Origin: an uncultured Spirochaetota bacterium
GTDB lineage: Bacteria; Spirochaetota; UBA4802; UBA5550
Length of the DNA: 64,000 bases
Reading direction: 5' to 3'
Assembly (NCBI GenBank): GCA_942493035.1
Contig: OW818666.1
Location: 4,294,874 to 4,358,873 of the forward strand
The notes below the pieces were generated by a model that was not told the origin of the DNA, did not search any database, and saw only the letters and a program-made list of their open reading frames with translations. Below, piece by piece: positions 42,274 through 51,094 of this stretch. How positions within the stretch are numbered: position 1 is the first letter of the stretch; each line of letters starts with the position of its first letter. The translations under genes and the position numbers were made by a program.

Positions 42274-43760
42274 GTCTTACTATGTCAAGTTTTCTAAAAA
42301 AATAATCATGCAATTTTTCTTTTTTTAAGAAAAATCTCTTTATCATATACAGTTTTATCTTTCCACATTCTAAATATTATCTTAACCCATTTATTCGAAA
42401 GAGCACGAATAGCAGAAGAATGGTTACATCCTTTTTTACGTAATAGATCATAATATTCGCGAGTCCACGCTTCAAGGCTCAAACTGCAAAATGAGAATTG
42501 ATATAATGTATCCCTAAATGATTTATTACAACCTCTTCGCATTTTAATGACATGTAAATATTTCCCACTCTGAATTGTTACTGGACATGTACCGGCATAA
42601 CATTGAACAGTTTGATACGATTCAAAACGCTTTTGTACATCCCCAAAATGCATTAAAAGTCTTGGAGCTAGTCGATCAGCAGCACCCGGCAATGAAGAAA
42701 ATATTGTTGAATATTCATTCGCAGCGTACAACATTAATATTTTTTCTTCTACCTGTTTTATCGATTTCATAAGGAACAGTAATTGATCAACAATAATCAA
42801 CACTCTCAAGGAATAACATTCCTGTATAGTTTTATTAGGAGATATTGTTTGATCCTTTAATAAACAATAAAATTCTGACTTCCTTTTTTTAGTCATATAT
42901 TTAACATCTTTAATCAACTCAAGATAGTCTTCGAAAGTTGCATTTATTATCTGTTCCGGTTTATTTAAAACTTTCAATAAATTCAGTGGAACGCTCGTAA
43001 AACCGTCAAAAAAGTCTGTAAATATAGGGAAATACTGATGCAAGTCGTTCTTCAACCTGTTTTCAAAACGCGTTTTTTCTTGTAAAAGCATTTCAAGTGT
43101 TTTGCCGTGCATTTTTAACGCTTCACAATTGTTACTAGATTTTATTATCGGGGTAAAGCGATTAAAATCCTTAAAAAGTATTAGTGCAATATTGTACGCA
43201 TCAAAGTTATCATCTTTTTTTGAGGACACCGAATATCGGTCTTTAAATCTATTAACACAAAAAGGATTCAATCCATAAACCTGATAACCTAAAGCAAGAA
43301 GATAATCCGCAAGAATATTTTTATCTGTTTCAATACCGATGAAAATTTCCTCCTTTGCAGAATGTATATTTTCAATTGCATCAATCAATTTCTTAAAGCC
43401 CTGTTTCGTTACATCAAAACGAAACTTGTTGACAACTTCCTCCTTTTCATTTAAAATACATACATCATCATGTGTTGACGACCAATCAATACCAATGTAA
43501 GTTTTCATAAGTCGCTCCTTTTATAGATATTGTGGAAACCTTTTATTCCATTTCGCCTATATATCAGGAGCTCTCGATGGAGCATACTTACTATAAATGG
43601 TATTGAAAGGTTATATAATTCGGGAGAACAGAACCGCAGGAAGTCTTTGTTAGGCAGGCACATTGAGTTCTTCCCGAATTATCCAGTATAAAAAGAATAA
43701 GTATCAATTCAGATGACACAAAGAATAAAAATCTGAATTAATACAAACATAACATATAGG
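42274..43760 (-). mobile_element. IS110-family element, copy 1 (about 1487 bp), inserted in an attC centre
   Basis: Identical to 45820-47306; no terminal IRs; flanks are attC halves. Confidence 0.8.
42306..43508 (-). CDS. IS110-family (DEDD) transposase
   Basis: 400 aa; N-terminal YIGIDWS motif and C-terminal transposase_20-like domain. Confidence 0.85.
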   Translation of the reverse strand: MKTYIGIDWSSTHDDVCILNEKEEVVNKFRFDVTKQGFKKLIDAIENIHSAKEEIFIGIETDKNILADYLLALGYQVYGLNPFCVNRFKDRYSVSSKKDDNFDAYNIALILFKDFNRFTPIIKSSNNCEALKMHGKTLEMLLQEKTRFENRLKNDLHQYFPIFTDFFDGFTSVPLNLLKVLNKPEQIINATFEDYLELIKDVKYMTKKRKSEFYCLLKDQTISPNKTIQECYSLRVLIIVDQLLFLMKSIKQVEEKILMLYAANEYSTIFSSLPGAADRLAPRLLMHFGDVQKRFESYQTVQCYAGTCPVTIQSGKYLHVIKMRRGCNKSFRDTLYQFSFCSLSLEAWTREYYDLLRKKGCNHSSAIRALSNKWVKIIFRMWKDKTVYDKEIFLKKRKIA

Positions 43761-43765
43761 CACAC

Positions 43766-44863
43766 CCTGAATTCAAGTTTGAAATGCGACAAGATGGGAG
43801 TTTAAAATATCAGCAGGAGATTTCCAACCACGGGATTTTCTCGGCCTTGCGTTTATAGAAAAAATACTATCATCAATAAATTCATCTGTCAAGTGTGCGA
43901 AACTTTTTTTCTTTGGAAGATAATATCTGATACGCCCATTTATATGTTCATTAAGACCTCGTTGCCATGAGGAATAAGGATCAGCAAAATATACATTACA
44001 GTTAAGAGCATTTTCAATTGTCTTATGCATGCAAAATTCTGAACCATTATCAAATGTAATTGATTTAATAAATCCATCAGGTAATGAACCCAAAGCCTCT
44101 GTAATTCCTCGTGTAACAGTTTCCGCATCTTTTGAAGGCAATTTAATACCCCATGTAAATGCTGCTTTTCTTTCCACAAGAGTAAGAAGATATGCATCAT
44201 TTCCAGAGCTTACAATCAGATCCCCCTCAAGATGGCCTATTTCGCTTTTATCATTTGCTTCTTCAGGGCGTTCCCTTATATTCTTTTTCGAAGGATCTTT
44301 TGCCCTGTTTTTATAGGTATTTGAGCGATTTTGGCGTTTCTTCCGTTTTATAAATAAAAATTGAGTAAAACGATATTCACCCTTTTCATTTTTTTGAGCA
44401 TACAACCACTGATATATAGATTCGTGTGATAAGTGCATTGATGCATCTTCCAGAAACATTGTCTTTAGGTATTGAGAAATTAATTCGGGTGAATCGCCGT
44501 TCCTTAAAAAGGTTATAACTATCAAACGCAGTAAGCCATTGACATCAAGCTTTCTTTTTTTTAAATTTTTCCTCTTTAAATATTCCGCTTGAGCTTCTTG
44601 TGCATGATAGCCTTTTGTTTTATTCCTATCAATTTCGCGATAAACTGTTGATTTATCACGATTTAATAATTCAGCAGTTTCTTTCACAGGCTTATCTGAA
44701 TAAATCATTTTTTGCATGACAAATCTTTCTTCAAACTGTACTTGTTTAAAATGCCTCATGGGTATCTCTCTCGGATTTGGTTTTGGTCGACTCAATCCTT
44801 TATGGAGATTTCTCATGAGGCTACTATTTTAATTTCCTTTTGCATTTCAAACTTGAATTCAGG
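43766..44863 (-). mobile_element. IS30-family insertion sequence, copy 2
   Basis: Same 22-bp IRs; 2 amino-acid differences from copy 1; inserted 5 bp from the IS110 copy 1 end. Confidence 0.85.
43773..44816 (-). CDS. IS30-family transposase
   Basis: 347 aa, near-identical to 34793-35836. Confidence 0.85.
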   Translation of the reverse strand: MRNLHKGLSRPKPNPREIPMRHFKQVQFEERFVMQKMIYSDKPVKETAELLNRDKSTVYREIDRNKTKGYHAQEAQAEYLKRKNLKKRKLDVNGLLRLIVITFLRNGDSPELISQYLKTMFLEDASMHLSHESIYQWLYAQKNEKGEYRFTQFLFIKRKKRQNRSNTYKNRAKDPSKKNIRERPEEANDKSEIGHLEGDLIVSSGNDAYLLTLVERKAAFTWGIKLPSKDAETVTRGITEALGSLPDGFIKSITFDNGSEFCMHKTIENALNCNVYFADPYSSWQRGLNEHINGRIRYYLPKKKSFAHLTDEFIDDSIFSINARPRKSRGWKSPADILNSHLVAFQT

Positions 44864-44870
44864 AATTGCC

Positions 44871-45007
44871 GATAACGTCTTGGCTAACTGACGTTAGCGA
44901 GTTTTTCAACCTATTTTTTTAAAAATCTTTTTGCCAGGTACTAAAAGTATTCAGCCACATTATGTTGCTAATGTGGCCCTTAAGGCCCAAGCCGGTACTC
45001 CGGCGCC
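44871..45007 (-). repeat. attC-like site (type GGCTAAC)
   Basis: GATAACGTCTTGGCTAACTGACGTTAGCGAG...GCCACATTATGTTGCTAATGTGGC...GGTACTCCGGCGCCGCTGTTAGCCTTTGTTATGC. Confidence 0.75.
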
Positions 45008-45054
45008 GCTGTTAGCCTTTGTTATGCGAAGGTCTGCCCCCGGTTTTCAATAAT

Positions 45055-45387
45055 TTAAGTTCTCAATAATCTCCTTAAGATTATATCTTCAAAATTTCTT
45101 CTTGAGTCAATCATTGAAAGAATATATACTTTTTGTTCTTCTATTCTATAAACTATTCGCCATGGAGTTATAATCAATTCCCGATAATTAGAAATGTTAT
45201 GGAAATCAAGTTCAGGAACAGTTCTTCCTCGTTCAGGAAAATTTTCTAATTTGATTGTTTGCTTTTTAATTATTTCAAATATTTCTTCAGCCGTATTCAG
45301 GCTGTCTAATGAAATGTATTCAATTATTTCAATAAGATCATCTTGTGCAATTTTTGTCCAATATACTGTATATTTTTTTGATGTCAT
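45055..45387 (-). CDS. parE: ParE/RelE-family toxin
   Basis: 110 aa with a RelE/ParE-fold pattern; downstream of and coupled to a Phd/YefM gene. Confidence 0.7.
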   Translation of the reverse strand: MTSKKYTVYWTKIAQDDLIEIIEYISLDSLNTAEEIFEIIKKQTIKLENFPERGRTVPELDFHNISNYRELIITPWRIVYRIEEQKVYILSMIDSRRNFEDIILRRLLRT

Positions 45388-45391
45388 GTTC

Positions 45392-45670
45392 TTATCTTTT
45401 TTTTAGAATTTTATCTTCGATAGCAGAAAAGAATGAATTCTGTTCCGTGAATTTGCTATTTTTTACATCTTTTTCTCCCATGGAGATCAGTTTTAAAATT
45501 CCTATTGCGTTTTGCATTGAATCATAACTTTCTGTATCCATTAATACAGCTTTTGCTTCACCATTTTGAGTTATGATAATTGGACGATGAGTTTCGTTAA
45601 CTTGATCAAGCATGTTCGCAGCATTAGCTTTTACGAAAGAAATGGGGCGTATATCTTGTTTAGTATTCAT
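45392..45670 (-). CDS. Phd/YefM-family antitoxin
   Basis: 92 aa (PISFVKANAANMLDQV...IIITQNGEAKAVLM). Confidence 0.7.
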   Translation of the reverse strand: MNTKQDIRPISFVKANAANMLDQVNETHRPIIITQNGEAKAVLMDTESYDSMQNAIGILKLISMGEKDVKNSKFTEQNSFFSAIEDKILKKR

Positions 45671-45770
45671 TTTTTTTCCTCAAATGTGTTTGTATTGGTC
45701 TAAATATGGTACTAAATTAAGTTTTAAAGGTCAAGAATAATTTTCAAAAAACGACGGGGGCAGACTTTTG

Positions 45771-45819
45771 CATAACGCCTTGCTTACACGACGTTGCGGC
45801 GGCCGTTTGCCGCAATGTG
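45771..45819 (-). repeat. attC 3' half (R' side) abutting IS110 copy 2
   Basis: CATAACGCCTTGCTTACACGACGTTGCGGCGGCCGTTTGCCGCAATGTG. Confidence 0.7.
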
Positions 45820-47306
45820 CCTATATGTTATGTTTGTATTAATTCAGATTTTTATTCTTTGTGTCATCTGAATTGATACTTATTCTTTTTATACTGGATA
45901 ATTCGGGAAGAACTCAATGTGCCTGCCTAACAAAGACTTCCTGCGGTTCTGTTCTCCCGAATTATATAACCTTTCAATACCATTTATAGTAAGTATGCTC
46001 CATCGAGAGCTCCTGATATATAGGCGAAATGGAATAAAAGGTTTCCACAATATCTATAAAAGGAGCGACTTATGAAAACTTACATTGGTATTGATTGGTC
46101 GTCAACACATGATGATGTATGTATTTTAAATGAAAAGGAGGAAGTTGTCAACAAGTTTCGTTTTGATGTAACGAAACAGGGCTTTAAGAAATTGATTGAT
46201 GCAATTGAAAATATACATTCTGCAAAGGAGGAAATTTTCATCGGTATTGAAACAGATAAAAATATTCTTGCGGATTATCTTCTTGCTTTAGGTTATCAGG
46301 TTTATGGATTGAATCCTTTTTGTGTTAATAGATTTAAAGACCGATATTCGGTGTCCTCAAAAAAAGATGATAACTTTGATGCGTACAATATTGCACTAAT
46401 ACTTTTTAAGGATTTTAATCGCTTTACCCCGATAATAAAATCTAGTAACAATTGTGAAGCGTTAAAAATGCACGGCAAAACACTTGAAATGCTTTTACAA
46501 GAAAAAACGCGTTTTGAAAACAGGTTGAAGAACGACTTGCATCAGTATTTCCCTATATTTACAGACTTTTTTGACGGTTTTACGAGCGTTCCACTGAATT
46601 TATTGAAAGTTTTAAATAAACCGGAACAGATAATAAATGCAACTTTCGAAGACTATCTTGAGTTGATTAAAGATGTTAAATATATGACTAAAAAAAGGAA
46701 GTCAGAATTTTATTGTTTATTAAAGGATCAAACAATATCTCCTAATAAAACTATACAGGAATGTTATTCCTTGAGAGTGTTGATTATTGTTGATCAATTA
46801 CTGTTCCTTATGAAATCGATAAAACAGGTAGAAGAAAAAATATTAATGTTGTACGCTGCGAATGAATATTCAACAATATTTTCTTCATTGCCGGGTGCTG
46901 CTGATCGACTAGCTCCAAGACTTTTAATGCATTTTGGGGATGTACAAAAGCGTTTTGAATCGTATCAAACTGTTCAATGTTATGCCGGTACATGTCCAGT
47001 AACAATTCAGAGTGGGAAATATTTACATGTCATTAAAATGCGAAGAGGTTGTAATAAATCATTTAGGGATACATTATATCAATTCTCATTTTGCAGTTTG
47101 AGCCTTGAAGCGTGGACTCGCGAATATTATGATCTATTACGTAAAAAAGGATGTAACCATTCTTCTGCTATTCGTGCTCTTTCGAATAAATGGGTTAAGA
47201 TAATATTTAGAATGTGGAAAGATAAAACTGTATATGATAAAGAGATTTTTCTTAAAAAAAGAAAAATTGCATGATTATTTTTTTAGAAAACTTGACATAG
47301 TAAGAC
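45820..47306 (+). mobile_element. IS110-family element, copy 2
   Basis: Identical to copy 1; inserted between ATGTG and GCGAAG of an attC centre. Confidence 0.8.
46072..47274 (+). CDS. IS110-family (DEDD) transposase
   Basis: 400 aa, identical to 42306-43508. Confidence 0.85.
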   Translation: MKTYIGIDWSSTHDDVCILNEKEEVVNKFRFDVTKQGFKKLIDAIENIHSAKEEIFIGIETDKNILADYLLALGYQVYGLNPFCVNRFKDRYSVSSKKDDNFDAYNIALILFKDFNRFTPIIKSSNNCEALKMHGKTLEMLLQEKTRFENRLKNDLHQYFPIFTDFFDGFTSVPLNLLKVLNKPEQIINATFEDYLELIKDVKYMTKKRKSEFYCLLKDQTISPNKTIQECYSLRVLIIVDQLLFLMKSIKQVEEKILMLYAANEYSTIFSSLPGAADRLAPRLLMHFGDVQKRFESYQTVQCYAGTCPVTIQSGKYLHVIKMRRGCNKSFRDTLYQFSFCSLSLEAWTREYYDLLRKKGCNHSSAIRALSNKWVKIIFRMWKDKTVYDKEIFLKKRKIA

Positions 47307-47355
47307 CGAAGGCCAAGCGAGGTACTCCGAGCGAAGCGTATAAGCTTTGTTATAT
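47307..47355 (-). repeat. attC 5' half (R'' side) after IS110 copy 2
   Basis: CGAAGGCCAAGCGAGGTACTCCGAGCGAAGCGTATAAGCTTTGTTATAT. Confidence 0.7.
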
Positions 47356-47422
47356 GACGTTGGGCAATGCACTTAAAGTTTGTCCCTGTTGAGTCAAGGA
47401 CGACGAAACAGGTTGTAAAAGT

Positions 47423-47758
47423 TTAACCTACTAATTTATACTTTTTTAAAGATGACTTATCTTTTTTAAGTATAGAAAGCATTCTTTGCGCTGGCCCTGC
47501 AGGATGATTCTTTCCTGATTCCCACGCCTCTACAGTTTTTTTTGAAACACCTAAAACGTATGCAAAGATTGATTGTGTTAAACCTAATTCATTTCGTATT
47601 TCCTTTATTTCTTTTCCTTTATAATCTGGAAGCGGGGCAACGGTCATAGTATGAGATTTTAGTCCTTTTACTTTTTCACCCTTTTCATATTTTATAGCTT
47701 CTTCTAATGAATTGATTAAATTTTCACCAATGGTTAAATCTTTATAAGTTTTTTTCAT
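47423..47758 (-). CDS. higA: HigA-like XRE-family HTH antitoxin
   Basis: HTH (IFAYVLGVSKKTVEAWESGK). Confidence 0.65.
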   Translation of the reverse strand: MKKTYKDLTIGENLINSLEEAIKYEKGEKVKGLKSHTMTVAPLPDYKGKEIKEIRNELGLTQSIFAYVLGVSKKTVEAWESGKNHPAGPAQRMLSILKKDKSSLKKYKLVG

Positions 47759-48101
47759 CTTTTTTTCTCCTTAATTCATTTTTAAGGTCTGTAACAAGTT
47801 GTTTTATTATTTTCTTTTCTTTATCACTGATATTGTCTTTCTGATTTTTAGAGTAAGCCATCAAGAGATATATTTTTTCATACACGATAAAGTCTATGTA
47901 TAGTACCCTTATACCGCCGCTTTTGCCTCTATTTTTTAGAGCCCACCTAATTTTTCTAACTCCTCCAGTGCCTTGTATCACCGAACCAGTTTCGGGGTTG
48001 ATGATTAAATATTCTTGGAGATCTTTCAAATCATCATCTGATAATCCAAGATCGTCCCAGGTTTTATTGAAAACATCAAAACTTACAAATTCAATTTTCA
48101 T
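47742..48101 (-). CDS. higB: HigB/RelE-like toxin
   Basis: GGIRVLY...YLL pattern of HigB/RelE toxins; start placed at MKIEFVSF. Confidence 0.6.
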   Translation of the reverse strand: MKIEFVSFDVFNKTWDDLGLSDDDLKDLQEYLIINPETGSVIQGTGGVRKIRWALKNRGKSGGIRVLYIDFIVYEKIYLLMAYSKNQKDNISDKEKKIIKQLVTDLKNELRRKKDEKNL

Positions 48102-48195
48102 ATTGCAAATATATGTCCTATTAGATAGGGTGTCAAGCAAAAAGTTTCATTAAAAAACCGGGCAGGACGCCCGGCCTTAATTTTTTGCCCAATGT

Positions 48196-48301
48196 CATAT
48201 AACGTCTTGCTTAAACGACGTTTGCCAGTTTCACGGTAAATTTTGTATTGAACGAGTTTACCCAACACAAAAAATATTTGCCACTGAAAGTTGGCAAATG
48301 T
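48196..48301 (-). repeat. attC 3' half split by IS21 copy A
   Basis: CATATAACGTCTTGCTTAAACGACGTTTGCC...GCCACTGAAAGTTGGCAAATGTG; the other half lies at 56511-56567. Confidence 0.7.
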
Positions 48302-48476
48302 GCGTATTCCGGCCCAAACCTGCCACTCATTCCGGAAAATGCCTGCCACCTGTTCCGGTGCAAAGTTGCCACCCATTCCGGTTGAAACCTGCCACTTTTA
48401 GGATTTTACCGGAATAAAAAACAAACCATTTCCTTTTAAAACAGAGCCTGATTAATCTGATAAAAAATCAAATCAG

Positions 48477-50054
48477 ATGGAGTTACCGGGCATGTCACAA
48501 AGGAGAATATCGATGAAAAAAATCAGAGAAATCATGCGTCTTCACGAGCAGTCAAAACTTAGTCAGAGACAGATATCCCAAGCCCTTGGAATGTCTCGTC
48601 CGGTCGTCAGCGATTATATTAACAAGGTTAAAACATTCGGATTAACTTTTATTGATATAGAAAATATGCCGGATGAAACGCTTCTAAATATTCTACAGGG
48701 AAATAAAACAGCAGACAATAAACGACATGAAATACTTCAAAAACAATTCCTTCATTTCACGCAGGAGCTAAAACGTCTCGGAGTGACTCGCCAAACTTTG
48801 TGGGAAGAATACATAGAGGAAAATCCAGACGGATACAGTTACTCGCAGTTTTGTTATCATTTTCAGATCTGGCAGAATATGTCAGAGATTACAATGCACA
48901 TTGAACATAAAGCGGGCGACAAACTCTTTGTGGATTTTGCCGGTAAGAAACTTGCCATAACAGACCGGACGACAGGAGAGATAAGAGAGGTTGAAGTTTT
49001 TGTAGCAATCCTGGGAGCAAGCCAGCTTGTCTATGTAGAAGCTTCAATGAGCCAGAAGAAGGAGGAATGGATAAGACTAAATGAAAATGCATTAAGATAC
49101 ATCGATGGTGTTCCACTGGCTATTGTGCCAGACTGCTTAAAATCGGCAGTAACAAAAACAGACAGATACGAACCGGATATCAATCCGGAGTATCTTGATT
49201 TTGCCAGACATTACGGCACAACAATACTTCCTGCACGACCTGCAAAACCGAAAGACAAAGCTCTGGTTGAAGGAGCTGTACGAATTTCATATTCATGGAT
49301 TTACGCCAAGCTTCGTGACCGTGTATTCTTTTCACTTGAAGAACTCAACGCTGCGATCATGGAGTTGCTTGAATCATTCAATTCCCGGACAATGCAGCGA
49401 CCTGGTGTAAGTCGACGGGAACTTTTTGACAGCATTGAAAAGAGTGAACTGCAGCCTCTTCCAGAGGATCTTTATGAAATCAAGAAGTTTAAAATCCTCA
49501 CAGTTCAATTTAACTATCATATCTATCTGAGTGATGACAGTCATTACTACAGTGTGCCATATCGCTATAAAGGGCGGAAAGTAGAAGTACTTTTCACAGA
49601 AAGAGCCGTAGAAGTCTATTGTGGCAACGTAAGAGTCGCCTCACATTTTAGAAACAGGAGAAAAAACGGATACACAACACAAAGGAATCATATGCCGGAA
49701 TCACACAAATGGGAGGATAATTGGAACCCGGAAAAACTGACCAATATTGCAAAACTAAAAGGCGATGCTGTGGTAACTGTAATTGAAATAGTTCTCTCCT
49801 CCCGGCAGCATCCTGAGCAGAGTTATAAAACATGCCTCGGAATATTTGCCCTAACTAAAACATATGGAGAAATCCGACTTAACCGTGCTTGTGAATTGGC
49901 TCTCTACTATGAAAACTGCACATACAAGATGATTAAAAATATTCTAAGCAACAACATGGATCAAGCAGGTGAAGAAGATAAAGACTCGGAATTCACCCTA
50001 CCTGAACATGATAACATAAGAGGCAATCAATATTACATGGAGGAATTACAATGA
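48477..50054 (+). CDS. istA: IS21-family transposase IstA
   Basis: 525 aa; HTH N-terminus, integrase core. Confidence 0.85.
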   Translation: MELPGMSQRRISMKKIREIMRLHEQSKLSQRQISQALGMSRPVVSDYINKVKTFGLTFIDIENMPDETLLNILQGNKTADNKRHEILQKQFLHFTQELKRLGVTRQTLWEEYIEENPDGYSYSQFCYHFQIWQNMSEITMHIEHKAGDKLFVDFAGKKLAITDRTTGEIREVEVFVAILGASQLVYVEASMSQKKEEWIRLNENALRYIDGVPLAIVPDCLKSAVTKTDRYEPDINPEYLDFARHYGTTILPARPAKPKDKALVEGAVRISYSWIYAKLRDRVFFSLEELNAAIMELLESFNSRTMQRPGVSRRELFDSIEKSELQPLPEDLYEIKKFKILTVQFNYHIYLSDDSHYYSVPYRYKGRKVEVLFTERAVEVYCGNVRVASHFRNRRKNGYTTQRNHMPESHKWEDNWNPEKLTNIAKLKGDAVVTVIEIVLSSRQHPEQSYKTCLGIFALTKTYGEIRLNRACELALYYENCTYKMIKNILSNNMDQAGEEDKDSEFTLPEHDNIRGNQYYMEELQ

Positions 50055-50809
50055 ACAATCAGGGAACGATTGAAAAGATGCAGGAAATGCGTCTTCACGG
50101 AATGCTCAGTTCATTCCGTGAAACATTCTCTACAGATATGAAAAACAAGTTTACGGTTGATGAAATGGTCGCTCATCTCATCGATGCTGAATGGGATGAA
50201 AGGTATAACAGGAAATTTAAAACTCTGCTTAAAAATGCAGCCTTTAGATATAAGGCAAGTGTTGAAGAGATAGATTTCAAACCATCACGAAAAATTGACA
50301 GAAATCTGATACTCAGATTCTCGACATGTGACTGGATCAAAAAAGGAGAGAGCATTATCATCACCGGTTCTACAGGTGCAGGTAAAAGTTTTATGGCCTG
50401 CGCACTTGGTCATAAAGCATGTATTCTTCGTTATCAGGTTGGATACTACAACTGCTTGAAATTGTTTTCACATCTGAAGTACTGTAAAGTTGATGGATCA
50501 TATTTTAAAGAGATGAATAAAATTAAAAAACTGGATTTGATAATTCTTGATGACTTCGGATTAAAGCCTTTTGATTCAGACTCGCGGTTAATGTTACTTG
50601 AGATGCTTGAAGATCGCCACGGCAGCAGATCGATAATTATTAGTTCTCAAATTCCTACAGATAAGTGGTTTGATCTTATTGGGGATGCGACTATTGCGGA
50701 TGCAATCTGTGATAGACTTCTTCATACTTCACATAAAATAGACATTAAAGGAGATTCTATGAGAAAGGAAAAATCAAAAAATTCTGGACGAAACCTGCCA
50801 CTTGAGTAA
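50051..50809 (+). CDS. istB: IS21-family helper ATPase IstB
   Basis: Walker A motif GSTGAGKSF, 252 aa. Confidence 0.85.
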   Translation: MNNQGTIEKMQEMRLHGMLSSFRETFSTDMKNKFTVDEMVAHLIDAEWDERYNRKFKTLLKNAAFRYKASVEEIDFKPSRKIDRNLILRFSTCDWIKKGESIIITGSTGAGKSFMACALGHKACILRYQVGYYNCLKLFSHLKYCKVDGSYFKEMNKIKKLDLIILDDFGLKPFDSDSRLMLLEMLEDRHGSRSIIISSQIPTDKWFDLIGDATIADAICDRLLHTSHKIDIKGDSMRKEKSKNSGRNLPLE

Positions 50810-51094
50810 TGGTTAGTTCGAAAATGGAAATGGATTAAAAGTGGTAAACTTAAAACCGGAATAGGTGGCAGGTTTCACCGGAATACGTAATTTTACCAGA
50901 TAATTTAATAAAACGTCGCGATGAATTGTTAAATTTAAAAAAAACATTATTAGGTGAATCGACTCAGAAAAATAAAACCACAGATTAAAAGTACATCCGT
51001 GTACTTTTAAAAATTTATAGTAATAAACGCCAAAAACATCGTACAACAAAGGCTAACAGCAGCGCCGGAGTACCGGCTTGGGCTTCGCCACATT

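Larger units (their letters stand above)
48302..50886 (+). mobile_element. IS21-family insertion sequence, copy A (2585 bp)
   Basis: Ends CGTATTCCGG...CCGGAATACG; istA plus istB; identical copy inverted at 56568-59152. Confidence 0.85.

Noticed and set aside
50813-51049. 78-aa ORF on the minus strand
   Set aside because: It runs into the IS21 terminus and the attC, and has no RBS; it is spurious.
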